64,000 bases of DNA from Octopus vulgaris. Taxonomy: Eukaryota. Positions 42,224-54,774 of the stretch are shown here, one piece after another. The position numbers and the translations under genes are program-made. The notes below the pieces were generated by a model. The model was given only the letters and a program-made list of their open reading frames with translations, was not told where the DNA came from and searched no databases. The DNA lies in contig OX597815.1 of NCBI GenBank assembly GCA_951406725.2, positions 13,330,001 to 13,394,000 of the forward strand. The letters run 5' to 3'. The stretch's first letter is position 1. Each line of letters begins with the position of its first letter.

Positions 42224-43034
42224 GGCAAATAAAGATGTGTGTTGCAGGTAAACACGCAGTGTGCGACAGAGAGATGTAGGTAATATACGTCACATAAAAT
42301 TACGAATATAATGCACCGAACCTAATCCGACACCGTCACATATTCATACCTAGTTCGAAATGACAAAAGAACAAAGAGAACAGGAAATATTTTTAGGAAG
42401 AAAGTCATGATGTCTTAAAAACGATTTGCGAAAAAATATTGAAATAATGAAATTCCTATTTTATATTTTTAATGCATATACAATGACACATCTTTAAATC
42501 TCGATAACTGTACCTGTACTCCATATTGATTCTTCTCTTAATTAGTTGTTGTAATATAATGGAATGGTTTTCGAGAACTACACTGAATATGTACGTGTGT
42601 ATGTGCGTGAGCGGTCGCTTGTGTTTGCATGTGTGCAAATATATTTTACACACGTGCATACATACGTACATACTTGTATATATATATATATGTATGTTGT
42701 GCGTCTTGTGCGTACGTGCGTGGGCGTATGTGTGTTTGGGTGTGTGTATGTGTGTGTGTGTAAAACCTACTTTCGTGGCTAAGCTACCTGACCTGCAAGC
42801 TGGTTATATAATGCCCTCACACTAAATGAGCAACAGAATGCAGGGCGAAGAATATCAGGAGCGAGCGGCCAATGGCTGGGCTGAATACACATCCGAACTC
42901 TAATTTCGTACTTCGTGTTTATCTGTCAGTTACTAACTCAGAACATTTACGTAATACTACTTCCATTCCTGCAACCATGTACACACGCATACACACACAC
43001 TCACACACACAGAGACGCACAAACACATATATCT

Positions 43035-43077
43035 GAATGTATATATATATATATATATATAAATATATATATATACG

Positions 43078-43146
<69 letters not shown>

Positions 43147-43159
43147 GTATGTGTGTATG

Positions 43160-43200
<41 letters not shown>

Positions 43201-43268
43201 TATGCGTGTATGTATATATCTATATATATCTATATATATATATATATATACGTATGCGTGTATGTATA

Positions 43269-43301
<33 letters not shown>

Positions 43302-43313
43302 CTCTCTCTCTCT

Positions 43314-43368
<55 letters not shown>

Positions 43369-43462
43369 TACGTATGTGTGTATGTATGTATGTATGTATT
43401 TATCTATCTATCTATCTATCTCTCTCTCTCTATATATATATATGTATGTACGTATGTGTGTA
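43035..43462. repeat. Compound TA/TCTA/TC microsatellite
   Basis: Directly visible. Confidence 0.95.
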
Positions 43463-44028
43463 TGCATCCTCTCGTTTCAAAACCTATCTGTCGTCTCACA
43501 TTACTCTAGACTATATATGCCATTAATATTTTTCATCACCCTTGAGATTGTCGATGACATTATAATCTCTTACGTTCTCGCGCTGCGGGAATTAATCTAC
43601 TGTTACTTTCCGCAAGGATTTTTTTTTCACCCCCAAGATAGCGGTTTGTTAATTGAATATTTCTTCTATATTTTGCTTGCAGTAAATATATATAGACTAC
43701 TAATATCGGATTTTAAGTGGTGTATCTAAATGCTGTCGTAACATTTCCAAAGTTTTATCGCATTAAAGGTGTAGTTTATTTTGGGGAACTTTGAATGTAT
43801 TAATGTATATTTTTCTGATCTTAGCATTTATTTCTGTCTTGAGTACCATACTAATGTGTCTGTAATATTCTTGTTTGATCTTCGCTTTCATTCACCTGAA
43901 TTGTATTCAATCTTATTTATTCCTATACTGATACGTATTTGTGGCTTTGACTTTCTTTGAATATATTTTGAAATAATTTTAAATGTCTTCCTAAGCTTTT
44001 CTTGTCCACTCTCTGAACTGCTTCCCTT

Positions 44029-44060
<32 letters not shown>

Positions 44061-44185
44061 CACACGGTCGTCCCATTCTTCTTCTTCCTCCTCCTCGTCT
44101 TCTTCTTTCTTCTCCTTCTTCTCCATCTTTTACTTCTTTTCCTTCTCCCTTAATATTATTACGACATCGCACGCTACAATAAAGA

Positions 44186-44472
<287 letters not shown>

Positions 44473-44735
44473 AAATACAATACTCTTAAGTGTGAAATAG
44501 TCCGGCTATGGAAAATGGAAATGGTGAAGGTAGTGCTAATTAATGTTGGGACCTCGAGAACAGTATCAGAAGGCATCAAGAGGAATATAAAAGAAATTGA
44601 AATAAACTCCCCTGTAGAGAGTGGGAGATGGTGAGGAAAGTATTAGATCGCTGCAAAAATGTATAGCAAGTCCGCTGCGCATGTAAGACCCGAGGAGCTC
44701 CAACAAACATGTAATAAAGAGAAATAAAATTATGA
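44473..44735 (+). mobile_element. Degenerate 3' end of an RLE retrotransposon
   Basis: KYNTLKCEIVRLWKMEMVKVVLINVGTSRTV aligns with KYKDLEIEVTRMWNLKTETIPIIVGALGMI in the 45221 element. Confidence 0.7.
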
Positions 44736-44736
44736 T

Positions 44737-45110
44737 AACAAGGGCACTCAGAGAGCGCAAACCTCCGCCAGAGCAACACCAACGTCTTCTCAACGATTAG
44801 CCAGAGATGATTTTTAAAATGAAAGTATCTGAAATAAACTCGACTGCTCTCACGAACGAGAATATTAAAAATGAATCCGACCGTTCAACAAAAATTAAAA
44901 AAGAAAAAAAAAAAAGAATCCAGAATCCTTGTCCGGAACCGGATCGATGCCAAAATCTAAACGGTTCGTGCCATTCCTGAGCACAAACATCTCTGAAAAT
45001 TTGATCCGAATCCGTTCAGAATTTCTTAAGGTATCTTATCCGCGGACAAACAAGCAAACAAACAAACTCGACTGTAAACAATATCTCCGCCTTCGCTGAG
45101 GTGGATGTCA
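44737..45110 (+). mobile_element. Non-autonomous Helentron/DINE-like element
   Basis: 5' subterminal ACCTCCGCC (44761) is imperfectly inverted to GGTGGATGT (45100-45108); 3' hairpin ATCTCCGCCT-tcgctg-AGGTGGATGT; (ACAA)n tract just upstream; no TSD seen. Confidence 0.65.
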
Positions 45111-45124
45111 TAATAATGATGATG

Positions 45125-45220
<96 letters not shown>

Positions 45221-45223
<3 letters not shown>

Positions 45224-45668
45224 CCGATACACACAGATAGAGAAATTAAGGCCAACAGACCAGATATAGTTGTCAGAGATCATGAAGAAAAAAAATGCTT
45301 TCTAATTGATGTATCAATACCGGCAGATGGCAACGTGTCTCTAAAAGAAATGGAGAAACTCTCAAAATACAAAGACCTGGAAATAGAGGTAACCAGAATG
45401 TGGAATCTAAAAACAGAAACAATTCCTATCATAGTAGGTGCATTAGGCATGATAAAAAAATATTCAGACAGATACATAACAAAAACACCAGGACTTACAA
45501 ACACATATAACATACAGAAAATTGCACTACTAGGCACTGCACACATCCTACGCAGAACACTTTCCATACAATAACCATCAGAGCATCACAACAAATCACA
45601 ACACATACCCAAGGCACACAGAGCTGCGCTCGGTAGTGAAGTGAAAGCACGCTATAAAAATATAACTA

Positions 45669-45672
<4 letters not shown>
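45221..45672 (+). mobile_element. 5'-truncated R4/Dong-like element retaining an open RLE endonuclease frame (45221-45574, 117 aa) and 3' UTR
   Basis: TDREIKANRPDIVV...CFLIDVSIP...EKLSKYKDL...WNL...PIIVGALG...QKIALLGTAHILRR is the PD..D..K..KY RLE motif; pure (AAT)n on both sides. Confidence 0.92.
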
Positions 45673-45739
<67 letters not shown>

Positions 45740-45749
45740 CAACAACAAA

Positions 45750-46234
45750 ACCAACATATTCCGGAAAAGTTAGTTGACGAAAAGGGGACTCTGACTTTGA
45801 CTTCCAGACAGACAATGTATTAGGGCACCGAATGCCGGATATAGTAAGATTTACGATGGACAAAAAATAGTGCCGAATAATTGACATGGAGATCAACATA
45901 TCATCATGAAAGAAAGAGAAAAGGTTGATAAATATGGAGACCTGAGGATTGAGATCGCCAAGATGTGGCAGCTACGAGTGTCAAACATAAAGTTTATCCG
46001 TATTGTCATAGAAGCATTGGGTTCAATATCACCCAAAATGACAAAAAAAAAGCACCTGCAAACATTAGAAATATCCTACAATTTAGATGTATTGCAAACG
46101 TCGGCAATATTTGGAGCGGCACGCATATCGCGTAAAAAACTGTGTTCTGGGATCCTCGTTTTTATTTGACAAACTGCAATATCCCCACCTGACACATTAT
46201 CTTCAATCAACGACCTCGCAATATTGTATACAGT
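45750..46234 (+). mobile_element. Degenerate RLE retrotransposon 3' end (different family)
   Basis: DFDFQTDNVLGHRMPDIV...CRIIDM...EKVDKYGDLRIEIAKMW...IVIEALG...LQTSAIFGAARI with stops and frameshifts; AAT/AAC flanks. Confidence 0.85.
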
Positions 46235-46259
46235 ATAATAATAATAATATTAATAATAA

Positions 46260-46768
46260 GTACATACAGACCGAACCATCAAGGCCAATAAACCAGATAT
46301 TGTTGTGAAAGACCAAAACAATAAAGTTTGCTTATTGATCGACATGAGCATCCCCTGTGATCATAATATCTCAGCGAAAGAGTTTGACAAGCTCAGAAAA
46401 TATAAAGACCTACTCATTGAAATTGAGAAAATGTGGCATCTCAAGGCGGTTACAATACCAGTGATCGTAGGAGCAATAGGAATGATCAAGAAGGGAACCG
46501 AAAATTATATGAGAATGATCCCTGGCTTACCATCCCTGCAAGAAGTGCAAAAGATTGTCTTAACTGGTACATCACACGTATTGAGAAGAGCATTGTCGAT
46601 GTGAGAACTGTTGCTGCTCATACATTTTAATTTAACTTTAAAAAAAATGAACGAACTATTGAGTTTGGTTTAATGGCCTACCAAGTTATACTATGAGTTT
46701 CTTTGCCCTAGGAGTCGGGAAGACACTCGGCAAGAAATGGAAGCAAATTTGAAAGAAGAAAAAAAAAG
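46260..46768 (+). mobile_element. 5'-truncated R4/Dong-like element with open RLE frame (46260-46604) and 3' UTR
   Basis: VHTDRTIKANKPDIVV...CLLIDMSIPCD...DKLRKYKDL...MWHL...PVIVGAIG...QKIVLTGTSHVLRRALSM*; (AAT)n flanks. Confidence 0.92.
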
Positions 46769-46821
46769 TAATAACAATAATAAAAATAACAATAATAATA
46801 ATAACAATCGTAATAATAATC

Positions 46822-46868
<47 letters not shown>

Positions 46869-48433
46869 GATGATGATACAATGCTGAATCTATTGTTCAA
46901 AGGCACACCTATTTCCATCTTCTCTCTCCCTTTCTTCCCCCTCTCTCTCTCTATCTATCCTCTTCTCTCCCTCTATCACTTTCTTCACAACGTTTAAAAT
47001 TACTTGTTCACATCGTAAAATTCTGTAGCCGACATCACACTTTTGGAGACCAATGCAAACTAGTTCTTTCGTTATGTTCAGATTAACTTGAAACGCTTCT
47101 ACTTCCTCGCACAAAGCTTAATTTACTAAAATTTATACGTTTCTTCATTAATAATCATATGAAATTAGTTATTTGAAAAAACCCCGACTGCTACAATGCT
47201 GAAACTATTATGGAAAGCACATGCATTTCTTCTCTCCCACTCGCTCTCTCCCTCTCCCTTTATCTTCCTATCTCTCTTTCTCGTCATCTCTCTCTGTCTT
47301 TCTTTGTCCCTCTGTCTCCTTACCACCAATCTATATGCCTTTCTGTCTCTATGTTTTTCCCCTCTATCAATTTCTTTACTACGTTTGAAGATTATTTAAT
47401 GACAGTAATTTTCTTCGGATCTAGTTTTTTTCATTCGCAATATATGCATTTTTGAAAGGAAGTAAAACATTTGAAAATCGGATATAATCATGTAGCCTTC
47501 CAGTCTAATTGCTTTGAAGGTATAATGTTATGGATGAAAAAAAAATTGGAGAAAAAGTTCCAGAGGTTTAAATATTGAAAGAACTGGGTATTTTTAACCA
47601 ATAGCGAAACAATTTTTCTGCGTTTAACCGAGCGGTGTCAACTTTAATGTTGTACCCTGGGAATTTTCTAATATCTAATATCTGATAAAATATCTAATAG
47701 AATCAACACGCATCATCTTACTGTTACTTTTGTCTCTTCATTGGTTGTACTTTTTTATCATTTAAAAAAAAATTATTCTATTAATATATTTGTTTGTTTG
47801 TGTTCACTTTATGCGTATTTCAGTATTATGCATACATGTCATGTATTTGTGTACACCATTAATATATAAGTACATGTGTGTGTGAAATAAGAGCGTCTGT
47901 CTCCAAAACTCCAAAAGTAGTATCCAAAGCTCCAAAACACTGTATCCAAAACTCCAAAAGTTGAGTAACGTTTTCATGCTTGGATTTGTAAACTACGATA
48001 GGAATAATACTGATCAACAAAGAATTTGTCCCAGGGAAAGAATACCTGTGTCTTGTATGTTTTTGCATGCAGAATTCAAACATAATGTCATATTATCTGT
48101 ATCACTCGCAGTTTCTCTGTCCCACGATATCCCTACCCCTAGTTTAAATTTTTATGAACAGAATTAACTTAGTGAAACATGAATCCAGCTATCTGCGTCA
48201 ACGAGTCCCCCCAAATATATCATATGAAAACTGTAAAAAATAACTAACACACAGAAAAAAGCACAGAAAAATATTAAAACACGGAAGCCCAGAAAAGTAT
48301 ATAATATACTAATACACAGAATTAAGACAAAACACGCGGGTGAAAAGAATCTCATGATGTTAAGCATCAAGTGTGAAAAAAACAACATAAACAGCAGCAG
48401 CACAGACAACGGTGAACCACAACACAACATGCA

Positions 48434-48480
48434 GTTGCCATGGGAACGAGCTGTTAATGCCACGCTGTCTGTTGATTGGC
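48434..48480. promoter_or_regulatory. RFX X-box-like motif with nearby inverted CCAAT box
   Basis: GTTGCCATGGGAAC (48434-48447; one mismatch to GTTGCCATGGCAAC) and ATTGG at 48475-48479; motif match only. Confidence 0.35.
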
Positions 48481-48887
48481 TAAGATTACTCTTGATTACT
48501 CTTATTTCCGAAGTTTAATTTTAAATAGCATCGGATTCCTTAATTTACGCGATAAAGTAATTGGTTGATTGTAATCAAAATTTTAGAGTGGCATCGATAC
48601 ATCAGAACTTAAAGGAATCTGACCAAAAATTAAGTGGGTCTCATTTTGCGAGTGAGAAAGACTAGAAACGTTTCTTCAGCCGAAATCACACTTTCACAGA
48701 ACTAGTCAAATACTAATGTAGCTTTTTTTCCTTTGATCAAAATTAACTTAAAATGTTTCTCCTTCCTTGTTTAAATTCCTAAATTGTGCACGTTTATTCA
48801 TTCATAAACATATGAAAATTAACTATTTCAAACACCCTATCTTCTAACTTCTACAATGCTCAACCAGTTGTTGAAAGCACTTGTATT

Positions 48888-48966
<79 letters not shown>

Positions 48967-49120
48967 AATCTATCTATCTATCTATCTATATCTTTCTCTC
49001 TCCCCATCTGTCTGTTTACCACCACTCTCTATATGCCACTGTCCCTCATTCTCTTCCTCTCTCTACACCTCTCTCCCTCTCTTTCCCTTTCTCTACAACG
49101 TTTAAGGATTACTCGTTCTG

Positions 49121-49348
49121 TGGCGAGCTGGCAGAAACGTTAGCACGTCGGACGAATTGCGTAGCCGTATTTCCTCTGCCGTTACGTTCTGAGTTCAAAT
49201 TCGCCGAGGTCGACTTTGCCTTTCATCCTTTCGGGGTCGATAAATTAAGTACCAGTTACGCACTGGGGTCGATGTAATCAACTTAATCCCTTTGTCTGTC
49301 CTTGTTTGCCCCCTCTGTGTTCAGCCCCTTGTGGGTAGTAAAGAAATA
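49121..49348 (+). mobile_element. SINE family B, 11-bp TSD
   Basis: TSD GATTACTCGTT at 49107-49117 and 49349-49359; inserted in an array unit. Confidence 0.92.
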
Positions 49349-49967
49349 GATTACTCGTTGACATCATAAAATTCTGTAGCCGAAGTCACACTTTCACAGA
49401 CCAATACAAAGAGCAAGTTAGTTTTTCGTTTGGTTCAGATTCACGTAACACGTTTCTCCTCCTTCCTTGCCGAAAGCTTAAATTCCTAAAACTTACACTT
49501 TTATTCATTCATAATCATCTGAAAATTAGCTATCTGAAACACACTGATTACAAAACGCTGAACCTATTGTTGAACTCACTTGTATTTCCCCCTCTCTCTA
49601 TATCTCTATTTTTACCTCCACTCCCTCTACGTCTTTTTGTCTCTCTCCTTCCGCCTATCACTTCACTACTTTTGAAGATCACTTGTTCATATTGTAAAAT
49701 TCCGAAGCCGAAGCCATACTTTCACAGACCAATTCAGGCAGCAAGCTAGGATTTTTTCGTTAGATTCAGAATAACTTCAAATGCTTCTCCTTCCTTGCTT
49801 AAATATCAAATTCCTAAACTTTACACATCTATTCATTCATTGTCATATGAAAGTCAGCTATTTGAAACACCCTGACTCCTACAATGCTGGATCTATTCTT
49901 GAACGCACATATATTTCCTCTCTCTTTCTCTCTGTCTTTCTCTCCCCCCTCTCTCTCTCTTATTACC

Positions 49968-50195
49968 TATTTCTTTATTACCCACAAGAGGCTAAACACA
50001 GAGAGGACAAACAAGGACATACTTAGGTATTAAGTCGATTACATCGACCTCAGTGCGTAACTGGTACTTAATTAATCGATCCCGAAAGGATGAAAGGAAA
50101 AGTCGACCTCGGCGGAATTTGAACTCAGAACGTAACGGCAGAGGAAATACGGCTACGCAATTCGTCCGACGTGCTAACGTTTCTGCCAGCTCGCC
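49968..50195 (-). mobile_element. SINE family B
   Basis: Reverse complement of the 49121 copy; imperfect TSD TATTACC/TACTACC. Confidence 0.9.
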
Positions 50196-51210
50196 TACTA
50201 CCACTATTCTATGTCTTTCTTTCTCCCTCTATCACTTTCTTCAATACTTTTCAAGATTACTTGTTGACATCGTAACATTCTACAGCCGAAATCACACTTT
50301 CACAGAACATTTCAAACAGTAAGGTAGATTTTTCGTTAGACTCAGATTAACTCAATCTTTGCTTAAGGCTTAAATTCCTAAAAATTACACATCCTACCCA
50401 TTCATAGTCAATTGAAAGTTAGCTATTGGAAACAACCTGACTTCTACAATGCTAAAATTATTGTTGAAAGCACATTTATTTCCTCTCTCTTTCTCTCACA
50501 CACACATACACACAAACACTTTCTCTGTCTCTCTGTCTTTTTACTCCCAATCTCTATTTGTCTTTCTCACCCTCCCTCTCTTTTCATCTATCACCTTCTT
50601 CACTACTTTTGAAGATTACTTGTTGATATCGTAAAAATACTGCAGCCAAAATCACCCTTCGACAGACCAATTCAAGCAGTAAACTAGTTTTTTCTTTAGA
50701 TTCAGATTAACTTAAAACGCCCCTCTTTCCTTGACTAAAGCTCAAATTCCTAAAGATTACAATCCATAGTGATATAGGTATTTGAAACACCCTGACTGCT
50801 ACAATGCTGAACTATAGTGGAAAGCACATTTATTTCCTCTCTCTCTTCCCCCCTCTCTCTCTCGCTTTCTCTGTCCCTCTGTCTTTTTACTAGCACTCTC
50901 TCTCTATGTCTTTCTGTCTCTCTTTCTCTCACAATCACTTTCATCACTACCTTTGGAGACTACTTATTGACATAGTAATATATTTCAGCCGAAGTCACAC
51001 TTTCTCAGACAAGTTCAAACAGTAAGCTACTATTTTCGTCAGATTTAGTTTAACTTAAAACGCTTTTCCTTCCTTAAAGCTAAAATTCCTAAAATTTACA
51101 CTTTTATTCATTCATTCATAGTCATTTGAAATTTAGATACTTGAAACAATCTGATTGTTACAATGCTGAATTTCCTGCCCCCCCTCCCATTAATGTGGAT
51201 GTTACTATCA

Positions 51211-51555
51211 GGAGGCGCATGGCTCAGTGGTTAGAGCGTCGAGCTTACGATCGTGAGGTTGTGAGCTCGAATCCAGGACCGGACTGCATGTTGTGTTCTT
51301 GAGCAAGGCCCTTTATTTCACGTTGCTCCACTTCTCTCAGCTGTAGAAATGAGTTGCGACGTCACTGGTGCCAAGCTGTATCAACCTTTGTCTTTCCCTT
51401 GGATAACACTGGTGACATGGAGATGGGAGACCGTTATGCATGGGCGATTGCTGGTCTTCTATAAACAACCTTGCCCAGACTTGTGTCTAGGAGGGTAACT
51501 TTCTAGGTGCAATCCCATGGTCATTCATGACCGAAGGGGGTCTTTACCCTTTTAC
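51211..51555 (+). mobile_element. tRNA-derived SINE family C-related, full length with TSD
   Basis: GGCGCATGGCTCAGTGGTTAGAGCG A box, GAGCTCGAATCC B box, central domain shared with 41740; TSD TTACTAT[C/G]AGGAGG at 51202-51215 and 51552-51565. Confidence 0.88.
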
Positions 51556-51574
51556 TATGAGGAGGAATTGCAGA

Positions 51575-53512
51575 CGAACTGTATAAATCTCTGAGAACGT
51601 TATATTACCGCCGGAACGCAAAATCTTGTAGAAGGAGATGCAGAGGTATCAACTACTGTTAGAGAAAATAGTAATGAAAGAGTGTAAACGAAAGACAGCA
51701 AATCTGGGAATGGTCTGGATTCACTATCGGAAAACTTATGGTATGATTCCACGTCCGTGGATCATGGAGTGGTTAGATCTGTTTGGAATTGTAAGGAATG
51801 TAATGTGTTTCCTGATGACAAGAATGGTGGGATGAAAAACTGAACTGATTTCTTACGGAAAAATATTGGTCCCTGTAGGTATCAGAAGAGGTATCTCCTT
51901 TGCTTTTTGTAGTCTGCATGATACCCCTGACCTTGGTCCTTAGAGAAATGCACCTAGGGTACAAACAAAAAAGTAATAATCCCAAACAATGAAGCACCTC
52001 CACTTCATGGATGATTGGAAACTGTGAACACAGTCCACTGTTGTAGTACTGGAATTCGGACTCAAGAAGTGCGCAATGATCTACCTAGAAAGAGACAAGG
52101 TACAATCTCAAGCTGCGATAGAATTACTGAATAGAGACTTCATTAAGCAACTTGGAACGGAAGGATACAAATGCCTTGGTGTACTAGACTTCAACGATAT
52201 AATGGAAAAGAAAATGAAACAGCAAGTGAGAATAAATTATATCGGAAGACTGAGGCAGCTGTTGCGCTCAAAACTGATTGGATTGAATAAAATCCAAGCC
52301 GGTACTACGTGGGCGATAGCTTCACTTTTGTATGGAGCGGAAATTATAAAATAGCAAAAGAGAGAACTGAAGAAAATTAATATCAAGCCTAGAAATATGT
52401 TGACAATACAAGTAGCCTTCCACCTTAAGAGTGACACCGGCAGACTGTACTTGTCCAGAAGACAGGGTGGGAAAGGTTTGACCAGTTGAGAAGTCCGTAT
52501 GGAAGCAGAGAGAATCAGCCTAGGGTGGTACACAAAAATGCCGTCGAGCCACTGTTGAAACACACGAAGAAAGCCGGCGTCATCAAAACTGAAAATTTTG
52601 TATTTAAAAAAAAAAAATAATAAACAAGAAATGAGCAAAATAAAAAGAGGAAAACGAGGAACAGCATGGAAGGAACAGAAAATGTAAGGTCAGTTTGCAA
52701 GAGACGTGAACGCTAAAACAGATACAGAGGACCGGTGGCTATGGATGAGGAGGAGTGACCTCAAGATAGAAATAGATGCACGCATATGCGGAGCTCAGGA
52801 ACAAACGTCAAGGACGAAGTGCAGAATAGACAATACTACCGATAGTGACAAATGCAGAATGTATGGTGTGACGGGTGAAACGTTAGAAGATATTGTTAGA
52901 GAATGCCCCCAAATTGGCACAGCGTGAATACAAACGACGCCACGACAATGTGGTAGGAAAGATCCATTGGGAGCTCTGTGGAAATGACGGCCTATAAAGA
53001 GCAGAGTCGTGATATGAGAAAACTCCAGAAGGAGTCACTGAAAATGAGAATTGCAAAATCCTGCGGTGTGCAATGATCCAGTGCGATCGCAAAACCGGAT
53101 ATCGGAAACCGGACATGGTTGTGGTGAATAATAAAGAAAGAACATGTATGATAATGGACATAGCTTGCCCCTGTGACAACAGGATCAATGTGAAAGACGA
53201 AGAAAAATGAACAACTATGACGATTTGAATTGGGAATTACGAAGTTTGTGGTCATTGAAGAGAATAGACGTGATACCAATAGTAATTGGTGCACTTGGAA
53301 TTATCAGCACTCAGCGACCAGCATGGGCGTAAATGATCGGTGCAATGTGTGAAGAGAGAACGGGTACAAACATCAGCATTGCTTGGAGCTGCAAGAATTC
53401 TTTGCACCTTCCATGAATCATGACTAGTGAATGAGTGTCACTTTAGTTTACTGATTGTGGACAGCTGAAACTTTCCATCATAACCAGTAAAATAAGTTGT
53501 GAGTTTTTATAT
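51575..53512 (+). mobile_element. Degenerate R4/Dong-like non-LTR retrotransposon (RT, CCHC knuckle, RLE), 5'-truncated
   Basis: In order: VWIHYRKTYGMIPRPWI, HLHFMDDWKL, EFGLKKCA, YKCLGV, LNKIQAGTTWA, HLKSDTGRLYLSRRQGGKGL, CRMYGVTGETLEDIVREC, RRHDNV, KPDMVV...IMDIACPCD; many stops and frameshifts. Confidence 0.92.
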
Positions 53513-53670
53513 AATTACAACTGCAACAGCGACGATGATGATGACGACAATGACGACGACGACGACAACGATGAAGATGATGGTGATGATGATGATGATG
53601 ATGATGACGTCAGTGATGATAACAATAATAATAACAAGGAGAAGAAGATGAAGGACAAGAAGAAATATAA

Positions 53671-53946
53671 TATAGCGTAATGTTTAGGAGCGCAGGCTAC
53701 TAACCCCAACATTCCGAGTTTGACTCCAAGCAGTGACCTGGATAATAACAACAACAGCAACAGCAATAATAATAATGATAATAATAACATCGAAAATACC
53801 TAAGGAATGAGAACCTAGGTTCGAAGTTTCCCCCAAGACATCCCAAGAAGGATGGAGGGTATATCAGCCGGTTTGTTGTGTTAACAACAAACAAGATGAG
53901 GACAAATATCCATCGAATGTAAATAATGTAAATAATGTAAATAATT
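53671..53946 (+). mobile_element. SINE family D, complete: tRNA-like head, internal AAT tract, 3' domain, (GTAAATAAT)n tail
   Basis: Head matches 36607 and 4398; 3' domain matches 37305-37460. Confidence 0.8.
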
Positions 53947-53953
53947 ATTGTTG

Positions 53954-53987
<34 letters not shown>

Positions 53988-53989
53988 GA

Positions 53990-54772
53990 AATGTTTAACT
54001 TTTGGTTTCTATTCGTATAAGTTGACTCCAAGTCACAGCCAGAGACCTCGAGACAAGTCAGAAGTTCAAGTTGGTGTTATGCCTTGGGAATCATATATTT
54101 GATTTTGCATGTAGTATTGTTCTAAAGAATGTTTAAGAAACCATAAGAAAATTATGAGTTTGTTTTAAAATTTTAGATTACATAGACAGTATTTTACGTA
54201 GGATATGGGCAGTTCCCATGAGCACTATCTTTTGTATTTCTGCAATTTTAATTTCCTGGTATCTGAGCTAGGTTGGAATCAGCCCCTTTTGCTATCATTC
54301 CTAGGGCACCTATCACAACTTGTACTGTTTATGTGTTCAGGTTCCACATTTTGCCAATCACTATTTCAAGATCTTTATACTTGCTCAGTTTTTGGTAGGT
54401 CTTGACAGATACGTTTATATCGATTGGGAGTCATATCAATGAGGAGGCATGATTATTGTCTGAGGTCTTTCAATATGATGTCTGGCCTATTCGCATCTAA
54501 ATTTGTGTCAGTTTGAACGGTGAAGTTCCAGAGGAGTGAACTGTGAACATTTTCAATCACTGGAGGCAGTTGTGTTCCTATCAGTTTTTATCATCGGGTA
54601 GGCCCAGGTTTTGCAAATTACTCAACCAATATACGATGCTGCTCTATCGTGCCTGTTGAGATACTCTATAGGCACAAGAATACTGCACTTGGAGATAACA
54701 TGGTCAATGGTTTCATTTTGTTGTTTACTTTCACGACATGCTGGGCTACTGCTGTTCTTTAATATGTTGGCC
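53990..54772 (-). mobile_element. R4/Dong-like 3' fragment (knuckle, RLE, 3' UTR), same family as 36903
   Basis: Minus strand ACRESKQQNETIDHVISKC...RHDRAA, LWNFTVQTD..LDANRPDII, KIVLMGTAHILRKILSM; followed by (AAT)n on minus. Confidence 0.88.
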
Positions 54773-54774
54773 AT

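Larger units (their letters stand above)
46877..51171. repeat. Degenerate tandem array of a ~315-370-bp unit, interrupted by two SINEs and a ~1.2-kb unrelated block
   Basis: ACAATGCT-type unit starts at ~46877, 47192, 48853, 49553, 49880, 50445, 50790 and 51159, followed by a (CT)-rich tract, then TTACTTGTT, AGCCGA..TCACACTTT, TTCAGATTAACTT and AAATTCCTAAA. Confidence 0.88.

Noticed and set aside
41314-43729. Many 100-200-aa ORFs rich in YI/CV/HT/LSIY repeats (also at 7.5, 14.3, 17.2, 35.5 and 56.1 kb)
   Set aside because: They are translations of stop-free microsatellites, with no domain content
46877-51171. Repeat-and-variable-segment layout suggestive of CRISPR
   Set aside because: Units are ~330 bp and diverged, the variable parts are microsatellites, there are no cas genes, and the context is eukaryotic
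51213-51285. tRNA gene-like sequence (also at 36605, 41740 and 53671)
   Set aside because: These are SINE heads: no convincing acceptor stem, and they continue into repeat bodies with tails or TSDs
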